DNA of 64,000 nucleotides from an uncultured Planctomycetia bacterium (GTDB lineage Bacteria; Omnitrophota; Gorgyraeia; Taenaricolales; CAZCCH01): NCBI GenBank assembly GCA_964497315.1, contig CAZCCH010000006.1, positions 11,830 to 75,829 of the forward strand, read 5' to 3'. Shown piece by piece: positions 1 to 10,576 of this stretch (position 1 is its first letter; each line of letters starts with the position of its first letter). The notes under the pieces were generated by a model. It saw only the letters and a program-made list of their open reading frames with translations, ran no database searches and was not told where the DNA came from. The position numbers and the translations under genes were made by a program.

Positions 1-8
1 CTACTTCT

Positions 9-1142
9 ATGTTTCTAAAGGGTAAGCTGATAGAAGAATCAAGCAGGGAAGTTGTTGGGCTTGAGCAGATACAGAAAGATAGGAACATAATAGAAAACGG
101 AATAAAAACCCATAGCCAGGTAAAAGAGGCCTTGGTAAAAAAGCTTAACAGATTTTCTGAATTAAAAGATATGATTGGCCACTTGAGCTCCAATTTGGAT
201 TTTCAAAAAATTGGCCAGATCATCGTCAAGAATGCCTACAAAACAATCGGCAAATCAAGCGAGACGCTTTTATACCTGGTTGATCCCCAAAAACAAGAAC
301 TGGCATTAATAGCCTCTGAGAAAGATGAGGATTTTGTTTCCATCAAGGCAAAAAAAGGCGATATTTTTGACTCGTGGGTATTAAAACAAAGACAACCCTT
401 AATAATTGAAGATGTCAAGAAAGATTATAGATTTGATGTAGCAAAGACAGACATTGATACTGAAAAGCTAGGCTCTCTTATTTGTGCACCATTAATAAGC
501 AAAGAAAAAGTTTTAGGTATCCTGCGTTTAAATAGCCAAGCTACCGCTAGTTATTTACAAGAGGACTTAAGACTTTTGTACATTATGTCAAATCTAGCAG
601 CTGTAGCTGTTGAGAATACCACGCTCTATCGCAGAACAGAAGAGTTGTCTATAATAGACGATCTTACAGGTACGTATGTACAGAGGTATTTCAAAGAACG
701 CTTGGCTTTTGATGTTACCAGGTGCATGAGGTCAGACTCTTACTTATCCGTTTTAATGTTAGACATAGATTATTTCAAGGCATATAACGACAAATACGGA
801 CATAGTGCAGGGGATATTGTTTTAAGAAAAGTTGCTGATATACTTTCTGAGACAGTGGCTGATACCGGGGATATGGTAGCTAGGTATGGCGGAGAAGAAT
901 TTGCTATTGTCTTAATTGAAAAGAACAAACAACAAGCGCTCGAGTTTGCCCAAGAAGTTAGAAAGAAAATTGAGCAAGAATCAATTGTTTTGCGTAGAGA
1001 AAAAACAAAAGTTACTGTCTCTATGGGTATAGCTAGTTTGCCTGAAGATGCAAAGGTTGGCGAAGATCTTATAAAGATAGCAGATGATATGTTGTATAAG
1101 GCAAAAAAAGAAGGCAGAAACAAGGTATGCTTATTGTCTTGA
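9..1142 (+). CDS. GAF domain-GGDEF diguanylate cyclase (possibly 5'-extended beyond window start)
   Basis: C-terminal GGDEF domain with the 'RYGGEEF' active-site motif and 'DDLTG' region. N-terminal GAF-like segment. No in-frame stop upstream of position 9, so the true start may lie outside the window. Confidence 0.8.
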   Translation: MFLKGKLIEESSREVVGLEQIQKDRNIIENGIKTHSQVKEALVKKLNRFSELKDMIGHLSSNLDFQKIGQIIVKNAYKTIGKSSETLLYLVDPQKQELALIASEKDEDFVSIKAKKGDIFDSWVLKQRQPLIIEDVKKDYRFDVAKTDIDTEKLGSLICAPLISKEKVLGILRLNSQATASYLQEDLRLLYIMSNLAAVAVENTTLYRRTEELSIIDDLTGTYVQRYFKERLAFDVTRCMRSDSYLSVLMLDIDYFKAYNDKYGHSAGDIVLRKVADILSETVADTGDMVARYGGEEFAIVLIEKNKQQALEFAQEVRKKIEQESIVLRREKTKVTVSMGIASLPEDAKVGEDLIKIADDMLYKAKKEGRNKVCLLS

Positions 1143-2395
1143 TGTTTTGTACAGTTCCAATAATTCTTACGGCAGCCCTTCATGGTTTGCGTTGGGGGTT
1201 TTTAACAAGCGGCTTATTTACAGCCCTTGTTATTTTTTTGATTAAAACAGGACATAATGCTATATTGATGATTTTATTTGTAGTTCTTTTTAATCTTGCA
1301 CCCATCGCGGGGTTTATGGTATATGGGGTTTTTAAAAAACACAAAAAAACACATGAGAAAAAAATTACTGAAGCAGAAAATTCATACCAACAATTAGTAA
1401 ATAAAGATGAGCAAATAAGAAATCAGAATGAAAAATTAGAAAAGGAAGTACTTGACATGGCACGTCTGTATGAAATAACCAAGGCCATGTCTCTTAGTAT
1501 GGATTTTGCAGGAATCTTTGAGATTTTTAGCGGTTACCTACAAAAACTTTTTTCTTTCGCACAGGCTAGATTAATTCTAACTCAAAGTGGAGCCGCACAG
1601 GAAAAGCCAGTTATCCAAAAAATTTACCCCATAGAGACACAAACTTCTGAAAAAACGCGCAAGACTATTAAGTCCACCCAGCTTGATGAAAAATTGCTAG
1701 ATGTATGTTTGGAAAAAATGTCACCTACTATTACGGAAGATGCAAATGTAGCAGCACCTTTAATATCACAAAATAGGCTAGTGGGAATAGTCTATGCAGA
1801 AAATATTAATCCGAGGGAAGTGGATAGATTTCTTATAGTATGCGGTCAGTTCGGCCTGGAATTAGAGAAGGTAAGACTTTATGAAATGGTTCAGGAGCTG
1901 GCTATAATAGACGGGCTTACGGGACTTTTTGTACGCAGGCATTTATTGGAAAGATTCCAGGATGAACTACGCCGTTCCATCCGACATAAGTTGAATCTAT
2001 CTACACTGATGGTGGATATAGATTATTTTAAGAATTGCAATGATAGATATGGGCATTTAGTCGGAGATGTTATACTTAAAACAATTGCCCAGATAATTAA
2101 AGAAAACGTGCGTGAAGTAGATTTAGTGGGTCGTTATGGGGGAGAAGAGTTTTATATCATACTGCCGGACACAGACAAAGCAGGTGGTGTGCATGTTGCA
2201 GAGAGATTACGTAAATCAGTAGAGAGGCATACTTTTCTAGCCTATGATGAGAAAGTAAAGGTTACTGTTTCTGTGGGTGTATCCATATTTCCTGAAGATG
2301 CCAGTAGTTTGGAGCAGCTTATAGACTATGCAGATAGGGCTATGTACCGTGCTAAAAACCAGGGGAGAAATGAAGTAATAGCCCATAGTGCATAG
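1127..2395 (+). CDS. Membrane-anchored GAF-GGDEF diguanylate cyclase
   Basis: Two to three N-terminal hydrophobic helices, a central GAF-like region, and a C-terminal GGDEF domain ('RYGGEEF' with the RxxD I-site 'REVD' upstream). Overlaps the preceding paralog by 16 bp. Confidence 0.8.
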   Translation: MLIVLMFCTVPIILTAALHGLRWGFLTSGLFTALVIFLIKTGHNAILMILFVVLFNLAPIAGFMVYGVFKKHKKTHEKKITEAENSYQQLVNKDEQIRNQNEKLEKEVLDMARLYEITKAMSLSMDFAGIFEIFSGYLQKLFSFAQARLILTQSGAAQEKPVIQKIYPIETQTSEKTRKTIKSTQLDEKLLDVCLEKMSPTITEDANVAAPLISQNRLVGIVYAENINPREVDRFLIVCGQFGLELEKVRLYEMVQELAIIDGLTGLFVRRHLLERFQDELRRSIRHKLNLSTLMVDIDYFKNCNDRYGHLVGDVILKTIAQIIKENVREVDLVGRYGGEEFYIILPDTDKAGGVHVAERLRKSVERHTFLAYDEKVKVTVSVGVSIFPEDASSLEQLIDYADRAMYRAKNQGRNEVIAHSA

Positions 2396-2409
2396 CATAA
2401 AAATAGGAT

Positions 2410-3387
2410 ATGAAAATGAAGAAGAAATATATTGTAGCGTTGGATTTAGGGGGCACTAATACAAAGGTTGCTTTAGTTAAGGGTGAAAAGATCATTAAGA
2501 GTGTTAATATTCCTACGAGAGATTACAGACGGAAAGAAGTCTTGCTCAATGCTATTATAGCAAGCATAAATAAATTACTTAGAGATACCAGATTGCAAAA
2601 ACAACAAATCCTAGGCATAGGCATAGGTACAGCAGGCCTTGTTGATTCAAGGAAAGGCATTATATATAATTTGGTAAATATATCAGGCTGGAGAAATGTA
2701 AGAATTAAAAAGATTTTTCAACAAAGATTAAATATATCTACTTTTGTAGATAATGATGTAAATGTTATGGCCCTAGCTGAGTTAAAATTTGGTGCAGGGA
2801 GGGGCTTAAAAAATATTTTATGCATAACAGTAGGTACAGGCGTAGGCGGAGGGGTTATTATAGATGGAAAACTCTATCGAGGAAGCAGTCTTTGTGCAGG
2901 AGAAGTGGGACATACGCCTATATCTATAAAAGGGCTAAGGTGTAATTGCGGTGGCATAGGGTGCGTTGAAACATTTACGGGAAATAGCTATGTTGTAAAC
3001 AGGGTAAAAAACACTTTAAAAAGCAAGAAGAAGAAATCTTTAATATTAAAATTGGCTAATGGTAAGCTTTCTAATATAACACCTGAATTGCTTACTAAAG
3101 CAGCCACACTCGGTGATAAACTTGCCATTGATACATGGAAAGAAACAGGACAGTTTTTAGGAATTGGCCTTGTTGGCGTTGTAAATCTCCTAAATCCTGA
3201 GGCAATAGTAATAGGTGGTGGTATGGCCGGTGCAGGTAAATTTTTATTTAATCCTGTAAGGAAAACTATACACAAGAGAGCCATGGATTTACCAGCGAAG
3301 TCAGTTAAGATATTAAAGGCGAAATTGGGTAATAAAGCAGGTTTAATTGGAGCAGCCGAGTTGGTGAGGATGGAGGATGCAAGATGA
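2410..3387 (+). CDS. ROK-family glucokinase / sugar kinase
   Basis: N-terminal '[13 protein letters not shown]' ATP-binding motif and the ROK zinc motif '[10 protein letters not shown]'. About 325 aa. Confidence 0.8.
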   Translation: MKMKKKYIVALDLGGTNTKVALVKGEKIIKSVNIPTRDYRRKEVLLNAIIASINKLLRDTRLQKQQILGIGIGTAGLVDSRKGIIYNLVNISGWRNVRIKKIFQQRLNISTFVDNDVNVMALAELKFGAGRGLKNILCITVGTGVGGGVIIDGKLYRGSSLCAGEVGHTPISIKGLRCNCGGIGCVETFTGNSYVVNRVKNTLKSKKKKSLILKLANGKLSNITPELLTKAATLGDKLAIDTWKETGQFLGIGLVGVVNLLNPEAIVIGGGMAGAGKFLFNPVRKTIHKRAMDLPAKSVKILKAKLGNKAGLIGAAELVRMEDAR

Positions 3388-4031
3388 AGATATTTATAGA
3401 TACTGCAAATGTAGAAGAAATAAAAACAGCGAATAGCTGGGGTGTGGTAGATGGGGTTACTACTAATCCATCCCTCATTGCAAAAGAAGGAAGAGATTTT
3501 TTAGAAGTAGTAGGAGAAATTTGCTCCATAGTAGATGGGCCCATCAGTGCTGAAGCTGTAAGTATGGAATGCGAAGGTATCTTAGATGAAGGGCGTAAGC
3601 TTTCGAAGATTCACAAGAATATAAATGTTAAAGTTCCCTTGATGACAGAAGGCCTGAAGGCAGTTAAGATTCTTTCAAAAGAAGGCATTAAGACGAATGT
3701 AACGTTGTGTTTTTCAGCGACGCAAGCGCTTTTGGCAGCCAAAGCAGGAGCAACCTTTATCAGCCCATTCGTAGGAAGGCTAGATGATATAAGTCAAGAG
3801 GGAATGGATTTAGTAAAAGACATCAAGCTTATATATTCAAATTATGGATTTAAGACAGAAATTATAGTTGCCAGCATACGTAATCCACTGCATGTTTTAG
3901 AAACCGCTAAAGTTGGTGCAGATATTGCAACAATACCCTTTAAGGTGTTAGAGCAATTAGTCAAACACCCGCTTACTGATATCGGTATTAAAAGGTTTTT
4001 GGATGATTGGCAAAAGGTGCCTAAAAAATGA
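3384..4031 (+). CDS. tal: Short-form transaldolase / fructose-6-phosphate aldolase (TalC/FsaA family)
   Basis: 215 aa. '[12 protein letters not shown]...GVTTNPSLI' is the hallmark of family 3B transaldolases. ATGA overlap with glk suggests translational coupling. Confidence 0.8.
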   Translation: MKIFIDTANVEEIKTANSWGVVDGVTTNPSLIAKEGRDFLEVVGEICSIVDGPISAEAVSMECEGILDEGRKLSKIHKNINVKVPLMTEGLKAVKILSKEGIKTNVTLCFSATQALLAAKAGATFISPFVGRLDDISQEGMDLVKDIKLIYSNYGFKTEIIVASIRNPLHVLETAKVGADIATIPFKVLEQLVKHPLTDIGIKRFLDDWQKVPKK

Positions 4032-6148
4032 ATTCTATAATAGCTTATAGGCTAAAGCAACAGAGAAAGTTTCTATTTTTCTATACAGTCTTTCTATTTT
4101 TTATTTGCTGTTTTCCTTCCATTGCTTTTGCTACAGAGTTAGAAGATTCAAAGCCGCCCATTATCTGCGACGGAGATAGGGTAGAGTATTTAGATGCAGA
4201 AAAGAAGGTTATAGGTACAGGTAACGTAGTTATTCAATATGAAGAGATGAAGCTAACCGCACAGAAAGTTACTGTGGATATGCAAACCCGAAAGGCACAG
4301 GCAAGCGGCAATGTAACGTTACATCAAGGCGAAAATGTGTTTAGGGCTGAGAATATTTCATATGACTTTGAAGCTAAAAAAGGCACACTTATTAATGCTC
4401 AGGTTACTTCTTCACCCTGGCATGGAAAATGCAAAGAGGCTGAGCAGGTATCGGAAAATGAGATTATTTTAAAAAATGGCTATATAACTACCTGCGATAA
4501 AACACCGCCCCACTATAGCCTTAAGACTAAAAGAATAAAAATTTATTTGGGAGACAAGATAGAGGCGAAAAATGTAAGTCTTTGCGCTGGTCCAGCACCT
4601 GTTATGTTTATCCCGTTTTATACCCATCCTATACATGATAAAAAACCTGAAGTAACATTTTTACCAGGGCATAAAAAAGATTGGGGTGCATATCTTTTGA
4701 CTGCCTGGAGATACTATTTGAACAAAGACCAACAAGGAAAGATTCACTTAGATCAAAGGCAAAAGAAAGGTTTTGCTGGTGGATTAACACACAATTATAA
4801 TTTTGATAAGTTCGGAAAAGGCCTAATAAATGGCTATTATATGCAGGAGAGAGATAGAGAGAAAAACGAAGGTATGCATGCAGAAAGACAAAGATATAGA
4901 TTTCAACTGAGACATAAATGGGATATAGATGAAAAAACACAGGCCTTAGCAGAATACCATGAGTTTACAGACGCAAGTTTTACGAAAGATTATTTTTACA
5001 GAGAAGAATACGAAGAAGACCCCCAACCTAAAACGTATCTTTCTTTGATTAGGGCAAACCCGAATTATAGCCTAACACTCCTAACACAAAAACGCGCAAA
5101 TAGATTTTTTGACCAGACAGAATATTTACCTCAGGCTAGTTTCAACGCAAAAAATTTAAAACTAGGTACAATGCCTTTATATTATAAAGGCGAAGTTAAT
5201 ATAGCGAGCCTTGCAAAAAAGAATGCTTCAAGTGGTATAGACGATGATGTCCTGAGATTGGATACCTATGATGAACTTTCATATGCACTTAATACATTGG
5301 ATGTCGTAAGCTTAAAGCCATATTTAGGCACACGCCAAACTTGGTATTCCAGAGATTCTTTCGGAGAAGAAGATATCAACAGGGGTGCCTTTTACACTGG
5401 TTTAGATTTAAGCACAAGGTTTTACAAAGTTTATGAGGTGGAGTCTAAATTTTTGGATATACCAATACATAGTTTGAGACATATACTGAACCCGATAATA
5501 AATTATGAGTATATTCATGATCCCACAGTGTCCAGTTCAAATTTGGCAGAGTTCGACGATATAGATACCATTTCTGGGGAAAGCAAGATGAAATTCAGCA
5601 TAGAAAATAAATTGCAGACAAAACCAGACCCAGATGAAATTTTGGATTTAGCGACCTTAATCTTTGGCACTGAGTATCTATTTAAGCCAGAGCAAGGTAG
5701 CGAGCTTTCTGATATAACCGCAGATTTAGAAATAAATCCTTCAGATAGATTTTTGCTTGAATCAGATGCAAGTTTTGACCCGCATGCTTCAAAGATAAAA
5801 CTTGCCAATATCGATTTTGTTACCAAAAAGGGCGAAGATTGGAAGCTAGGCATTGGCCACAGGTATCAAAGAGGTGAAAGTAACGAGCTTACCTTCGACG
5901 GCCTACATCCAGTTACAGACAAAATAAAACTTCATTGTTACCAGCGTTATCAATTTCAGACAAAGGATTTAAAAGAGCAGGAATACGGGCTTTCTTTTGA
6001 CCTTCATTGCTGGGTGGCTGATCTGAATTATAATGAAAGCGATGGAAGTAGTTTTTGGTTGACCTTTAAACTTAAGGCATTCCCTGAGACACCTTTCAAA
6101 ATAGGAACAACCTACCATAAACCAAAACCAACCGTAGAGACCAGGTAA
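4028..6148 (+). CDS. OstA/LptD-like outer-membrane LPS-assembly protein
   Basis: Signal peptide followed by an OstA-like N-terminal beta-jellyroll region ('[20 protein letters not shown]...ASGNVTL...AENISYDF'). The long C-terminal region is rich in aromatic/beta-strand residues, consistent with a barrel. 706 aa. Confidence 0.5.
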   Translation: MNSIIAYRLKQQRKFLFFYTVFLFFICCFPSIAFATELEDSKPPIICDGDRVEYLDAEKKVIGTGNVVIQYEEMKLTAQKVTVDMQTRKAQASGNVTLHQGENVFRAENISYDFEAKKGTLINAQVTSSPWHGKCKEAEQVSENEIILKNGYITTCDKTPPHYSLKTKRIKIYLGDKIEAKNVSLCAGPAPVMFIPFYTHPIHDKKPEVTFLPGHKKDWGAYLLTAWRYYLNKDQQGKIHLDQRQKKGFAGGLTHNYNFDKFGKGLINGYYMQERDREKNEGMHAERQRYRFQLRHKWDIDEKTQALAEYHEFTDASFTKDYFYREEYEEDPQPKTYLSLIRANPNYSLTLLTQKRANRFFDQTEYLPQASFNAKNLKLGTMPLYYKGEVNIASLAKKNASSGIDDDVLRLDTYDELSYALNTLDVVSLKPYLGTRQTWYSRDSFGEEDINRGAFYTGLDLSTRFYKVYEVESKFLDIPIHSLRHILNPIINYEYIHDPTVSSSNLAEFDDIDTISGESKMKFSIENKLQTKPDPDEILDLATLIFGTEYLFKPEQGSELSDITADLEINPSDRFLLESDASFDPHASKIKLANIDFVTKKGEDWKLGIGHRYQRGESNELTFDGLHPVTDKIKLHCYQRYQFQTKDLKEQEYGLSFDLHCWVADLNYNESDGSSFWLTFKLKAFPETPFKIGTTYHKPKPTVETR

Positions 6149-6151
6149 ATA

Positions 6152-7969
6152 ATGAATATTTTAGGTATTTCAGCATTTTATCATGACAGTGCTGCTTGTT
6201 TAGTAAGGAATGGCAAAATAGTCTTTGCTGCTCAGGAGGAACGTTTTACCAGAAAAAAGCACGATTTCTCTTTTCCTAGAAATGCCATAAATTGGTGTCT
6301 TAAAGAAAATAGCTTAGAAGGAAAGGATTTGGATTTTGTTGCCTTTTATGATAAGCCATTTATAAAGTTTGAGAGAATTCTGCAAACCTATCTTGCATAT
6401 GCACCATTAGGGGTCCGTTCTTTCCTAAAGGCGATTCCTCTGTGGATAAAACAAAAACTTTGGATAAAGGAATTAATCAAAACCGAACTTGAGTTTGAAG
6501 GGAAGATTATTTTTCCAGAGCATCATGAATCTCATGCTGCTTCGGCATTTTTTGCATCACCTTTTCAAGAAGCAACCTTTCTTACTGCAGATGGTGTAGG
6601 GGAATGGGCGACAACAAGTTTTGGTGCAGGTAAAGATAATAAAATAGATATTCAAGCAGAAGTTCATTTCCCTCATTCTTTGGGACTTTTATATTCTGCA
6701 TTTACATATTATACAGGTTTCAAGGTAAATTCCGGTGAATACAAACTGATGGGTTTAGCACCGCATGGTGAGCCAAAATATAAAGACTTGATACTTTCAG
6801 AACTTTTGGATTTAAAAAAAGACGGTTCTTTTAGATTGAATATGAAATATTTCAATTATTGCGCTGGTTTGACTATGACCAATGATAGGTTTAATAGGTT
6901 ATTTGAAGGTCCCCCAAGAAAACCAGAGTCTCGCCTGACCCAGCGCGATATGGATTTAGCGCGTTCAATTCAGGAGGTAACTGAGGAGGTAATGCTTCGT
7001 GCAGTGAGATATGTTCATAAAAAGACCGGTCAAAAAAATCTTTGCCTGGCTGGCGGTGTAGCATTAAATTGTGTGGCAAACGGCAGAATTTTACGCGAGG
7101 GCCCTTTTGAGAATTTATGGATACAGCCTGCTGCAGGAGATGCCGGTGGAGCATTAGGGGCAGCCTTGTTTACCTGGTATCAGTACCTTGGAAATGAAAG
7201 GGTTGCCGATGGTAAGAAGGATTTTCAGTGTGGTTCATATCTTGGTCCTGAGTTTAAAGATAGCTGTATTCAGGATTATCTTGAAAAGAACAACATACCT
7301 TATACCAAGTTGAGAAAAGAAGAAATTCCGGAAAAAATTGCTGATTTGATTGATGCTCAAAAGGTGATAGGGTGGTTTCAAGGTAGGATGGAATTTGGGC
7401 CTCGTGCCTTAGGTGCACGATCCATTATTGGAGATGCCCGCTCCCCCAAGATGCAAGAAACCATGAACCTTAAGATAAAATTCAGGGAAAGCTTTAGGCC
7501 CTTTGCACCTTCTGTGATAAGAGAAAAAGCAAGAGATTTTTTCGAGATAGATGATGAAAGCCCGTATATGCTTCTTGTTACACCAGTAAAAAAAGAAATA
7601 CAGCGCGAGATGACAAAAGAGGAGCAAAGGTTTTTCGGACTTGATAAACTGCATGTTGTAAGGTCAAGTATCCCTGCGGTTACTCACGTGGATTACTCTG
7701 CCAGGGTTCAAACTGTTGATAAAGATACTAACCCGTTGTATTATGAAATGATAAAAAAACTTGATGAGAAGTATGGATGCCCTGTGATTATCAATACTTC
7801 CTTCAATGTCCGCGGTGAGCCAATTGTCTACGCGCCTGAAGATGCTTACCTTTGTTTTATGCGAACCAATATGGATTATCTTTTAATGGGTGAGTTTTTA
7901 ATAGAGAAAAAAGAGCAAAAGCCATTAGATAAAGACATCAACTGGCTTAAAGAATTCGAATTGGATTAA
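6152..7969 (+). CDS. Carbamoyltransferase (NodU/CmcH/TobZ family)
   Basis: 605 aa. N-terminal 'ILGISAFYHDSAACLVRNGKIVFAAQEERFTRKKHD' ASKHA-type domain and a C-terminal YrdC/Kae1-like carbamoyltransferase domain. Confidence 0.85.
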   Translation: MNILGISAFYHDSAACLVRNGKIVFAAQEERFTRKKHDFSFPRNAINWCLKENSLEGKDLDFVAFYDKPFIKFERILQTYLAYAPLGVRSFLKAIPLWIKQKLWIKELIKTELEFEGKIIFPEHHESHAASAFFASPFQEATFLTADGVGEWATTSFGAGKDNKIDIQAEVHFPHSLGLLYSAFTYYTGFKVNSGEYKLMGLAPHGEPKYKDLILSELLDLKKDGSFRLNMKYFNYCAGLTMTNDRFNRLFEGPPRKPESRLTQRDMDLARSIQEVTEEVMLRAVRYVHKKTGQKNLCLAGGVALNCVANGRILREGPFENLWIQPAAGDAGGALGAALFTWYQYLGNERVADGKKDFQCGSYLGPEFKDSCIQDYLEKNNIPYTKLRKEEIPEKIADLIDAQKVIGWFQGRMEFGPRALGARSIIGDARSPKMQETMNLKIKFRESFRPFAPSVIREKARDFFEIDDESPYMLLVTPVKKEIQREMTKEEQRFFGLDKLHVVRSSIPAVTHVDYSARVQTVDKDTNPLYYEMIKKLDEKYGCPVIINTSFNVRGEPIVYAPEDAYLCFMRTNMDYLLMGEFLIEKKEQKPLDKDINWLKEFELD

Positions 7970-7973
7970 CAAA

Positions 7974-8381
7974 ATGATTATTGGAGAGATCGGAAATATC
8001 AAAGCCGGTAAGCGAGAAATCAAACAATTTGCTATTACGCTTGGCATTATTTTAGTTGTTTTGGGCGGATTATCTTTATGGCGTGGCAAAGAATGGTTTT
8101 TTTGCCTCTTTATCATTTTAGCTATGCTGTTTTTGTTTGGCTTAATTCAGCCTTTGCTACTAAAACCTGTTTACAAGTTATGGATGGTGGTAGCACGTAT
8201 TACAGGCTGGTTTATGACAAGGATTATTTTGGGTATTCTGTTCTATTTAGTGGTTACTCCAATTAGCTTAATAGCAAGATTAGCTGGCAAGGATTTTTTG
8301 GATGAAAAACTTGATAAAAACGCCACCAGTTATTGGATTCCAACACCTTTAAAGAAAAGAAGTTACGAAAATCAATTTTAG
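7974..8381 (+). CDS. SxtJ-like small membrane protein
   Basis: 135 aa with two TM helices and a C-terminal '...SYWIP...' segment. This protein type commonly follows carbamoyltransferase genes. Confidence 0.5.
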   Translation: MIIGEIGNIKAGKREIKQFAITLGIILVVLGGLSLWRGKEWFFCLFIILAMLFLFGLIQPLLLKPVYKLWMVVARITGWFMTRIILGILFYLVVTPISLIARLAGKDFLDEKLDKNATSYWIPTPLKKRSYENQF

Positions 8382-8398
8382 GCGCAAGGGGACATTTT

Positions 8399-8557
8399 AT
8401 GAGTAAATTATCTATTATAAAGGAATTCTGGCAATTTCTGAAAATTCGCAAAAAATGGTGGTTATTACCTATTGTTATAATGCTTCTTTTATTGGGTGCC
8501 TTGATCATATTTACAGAAAGCTCCGCAGTAGCCCCTTTTATTTACACGCTCTTCTAA
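8399..8557 (+). CDS. DUF5989-like small membrane protein (start trimmed to the internal Met)
   Basis: 'MSKLSIIKEFWQFLKIRKKWWLLPIVIMLLLLGALIIF...' is the characteristic one-TM peptide found after carbamoyltransferase/SxtJ genes. The ORF-track start at 8333 overlaps the upstream gene. The Met at 8399 removes that overlap. Confidence 0.55.
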   Translation: MSKLSIIKEFWQFLKIRKKWWLLPIVIMLLLLGALIIFTESSAVAPFIYTLF

Positions 8558-8621
8558 CGAAAAATCTTCCCATAACACCTTCCTTTTAGACCAAATTAGA
8601 CCAAAATATTGTAATTTTTGC

Positions 8622-8650
8622 TTGACATTTTGGCCAAAATATAATAATAT
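8622..8650 (+). promoter_or_regulatory. Near-consensus sigma70-type promoter (TTGACA-N17-TAATAT) ahead of the glycan locus
   Basis: TTGACA at 8622-8627, a 17-nt spacer, then TAATAT at 8645-8650. It sits in the only sizeable intergenic gap (8558-8803). Tandem 11-bp 'TTAGACCAAAT' repeats lie immediately upstream. A leader of about 150 nt ends in the RBS 'AAGGAGAAG' before ugd. Confidence 0.35.
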
Positions 8651-8803
8651 ATCTCATAATAATGCCTAATAGGAGGCAACCTCTAGAAGTAGTTCCGCCA
8701 TAAGCTATTTTCGGACTATCACTAATGTAATATATAAATATCTCTTTAGCATATTATATTTATATATAGCATATAAACAGCTCTAAGTTAAGGAGAAGAT
8801 ATA

Positions 8804-10096
8804 ATGAATATAACCATCATAGGGGCAGGACATGTAGGTTTAGTTACAGGAGCCTGTTTTGCAGATTTGGGCAATAGAGTAATTTGTGTGGATAATGACA
8901 TAAATAAAATTCAAGGGCTTAAAAAGGGCAAGATGCCCATTTTTGAACCTGGCCTTGAAGAAATGACGCAGCGCAATGCAAGGACTGGAAGGCTTAAATT
9001 TACCAATAGCATAGCCAAGGGCACAAGGGAGTCAGAAGTCATCTTTATAGCTGTAGGCACTCCATCTAAATCAGATGGAGAAGCCGATCTTTCATCTGTA
9101 GAAAATGTAACCCGCCAAATTGCTAAATACACGAACTCCTATAAGATTGTTGTTGAAAAATCTACTGTCCCGGTACAGACAGGAGAATGGCTTAAACATA
9201 CATTAACTATCTATAATCGCAAAAAGACAAAGATTGATGTAGCATCAAACCCGGAATTTTTAAGAGAGGGTTCAGCAATATGGGACTTTTTACACCCAGA
9301 CCGCGTGGTTTTAGGTGTTGAGTCAAAAAGAGCAAAAAAGATTCTTTTAGAATTGTATAAACCCTTAAATGCAAAAATAGTAATTACAGATATAAAAAGT
9401 GCAGAGCTTATAAAGCATGCCTGTAACTGCTTCCTTGCAATGAAGATATCTTTTATAAATTCCATATCAAATATATGCGACAAGGTCGGTGGAGATGTAA
9501 AGCAGGTTGCCGATGGCATGGGTTTTGATAAGAGGATTACAAGATCTTTCTTGGATGCGGGAGCAGGCTGGGGTGGCGCATGCTTCCCAAAGGACTTGGC
9601 AGCCTTTATTCACATATCAGAAAAATTAGGATATGATTTTCAACTGTTAAAAGCAGTTGGAACAGTCAACTGGCAGCAGAAGATAAATGTTGTAAAAAAG
9701 GTACAAAGTGCCCTTTGGATTCTAAAAGGCAAAAAGATAGGTGTGCTGGGACTCTCTTTTAAGCCAAATACAGATGATATGAGAGAGGCACCTTCTATAG
9801 ATATAATAAAAATGTTAAAAGAGGAAGGGGCGCAGATAAAGGTTTATGATCCTCAAGCCATGAAGGAGGCCAGGAGGATCTTAAAAGGCATAAGATTTTG
9901 CAAGGGGCCGTATGAAGTTGCTAAGGAAAGTGACTGCCTTTTAGTCTTGACAGAATGGGATGAATTTAAAGAATTAGATCTAAAGAAAATAAAAAAACTC
10001 CTTAGACAACCACTAATAATAGATGGTAGGAATATATACGATCCTAAGGAAATTAAAAAACTAGGCTTTAAATATATTGGAATAGGAAGAAGTTAA
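8804..10096 (+). CDS. ugd: UDP-glucose 6-dehydrogenase
   Basis: 430 aa. 'ITIIGAGHVGLVTGACFADLGN' NAD-binding motif and catalytic 'GGACFPKD' region of the UDP-glucose/GDP-mannose dehydrogenase family. Confidence 0.85.
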   Translation: MNITIIGAGHVGLVTGACFADLGNRVICVDNDINKIQGLKKGKMPIFEPGLEEMTQRNARTGRLKFTNSIAKGTRESEVIFIAVGTPSKSDGEADLSSVENVTRQIAKYTNSYKIVVEKSTVPVQTGEWLKHTLTIYNRKKTKIDVASNPEFLREGSAIWDFLHPDRVVLGVESKRAKKILLELYKPLNAKIVITDIKSAELIKHACNCFLAMKISFINSISNICDKVGGDVKQVADGMGFDKRITRSFLDAGAGWGGACFPKDLAAFIHISEKLGYDFQLLKAVGTVNWQQKINVVKKVQSALWILKGKKIGVLGLSFKPNTDDMREAPSIDIIKMLKEEGAQIKVYDPQAMKEARRILKGIRFCKGPYEVAKESDCLLVLTEWDEFKELDLKKIKKLLRQPLIIDGRNIYDPKEIKKLGFKYIGIGRS

Positions 10097-10120
10097 TTTA
10101 TAGAAAGGTTTCCCCGACAA

Positions 10121-10567
10121 ATGATAGAAGGTGTAAAGGTAAAGAAATTAAGGCTAATCCCTGATGATAGGGGGAAGCTTGTTGAAATCTTACGTAGTGA
10201 TGATGAGCTCTTCGAAAAGTTTGGCCAAGTCTATATAACTACTGCCTACCCAGGCGTTGTAAAGGCTTGGCATTATCATAAACTACAATGTGATCATTTT
10301 GCCTGCGTTGCAGGCAAAGTAAAAGTTGGTCTGTATGATTCAAGGCCGAATTCCCCAACCTATGAACAAACCCAGGAAGTTACCTTAAGTTTTGATGATC
10401 CTTACCTTGTTAAAATTCCAGCATTAGTCTACCATGGTTTTAAATGTATAGCTGACCATGAATCAGCTGTTATGAATGTCCCAACTCAACTTTATAATTA
10501 TAATGACCCGGATGAGTATAGGGTTGATGCATTTGACAATGATATTCCTTTTGATTGGAAAAAATAG
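10121..10567 (+). CDS. RmlC-like cupin (dTDP-4-dehydrorhamnose 3,5-epimerase / sugar ketoisomerase family)
   Basis: 148-aa cupin with '...DDRGKLVEI...AWHYHK...' resembling RmlC/FdtA-type dTDP-sugar epimerases/isomerases. Sits directly upstream of rmlA-like, rmlB and rmlD genes. Confidence 0.55.
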   Translation: MIEGVKVKKLRLIPDDRGKLVEILRSDDELFEKFGQVYITTAYPGVVKAWHYHKLQCDHFACVAGKVKVGLYDSRPNSPTYEQTQEVTLSFDDPYLVKIPALVYHGFKCIADHESAVMNVPTQLYNYNDPDEYRVDAFDNDIPFDWKK

Positions 10568-10576
10568 GAGATATAG

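Noticed and set aside
770..1183. 137-aa antisense ORF inside the first GGDEF gene
   Set aside because: Lies wholly within a well-supported + strand CDS, has low-complexity composition and no recognisable motifs. It is a shadow ORF.
8078..8266. 62-aa alternative-frame ORF inside the SxtJ-like gene
   Set aside because: Out-of-frame overlap with a better-supported membrane-protein ORF.
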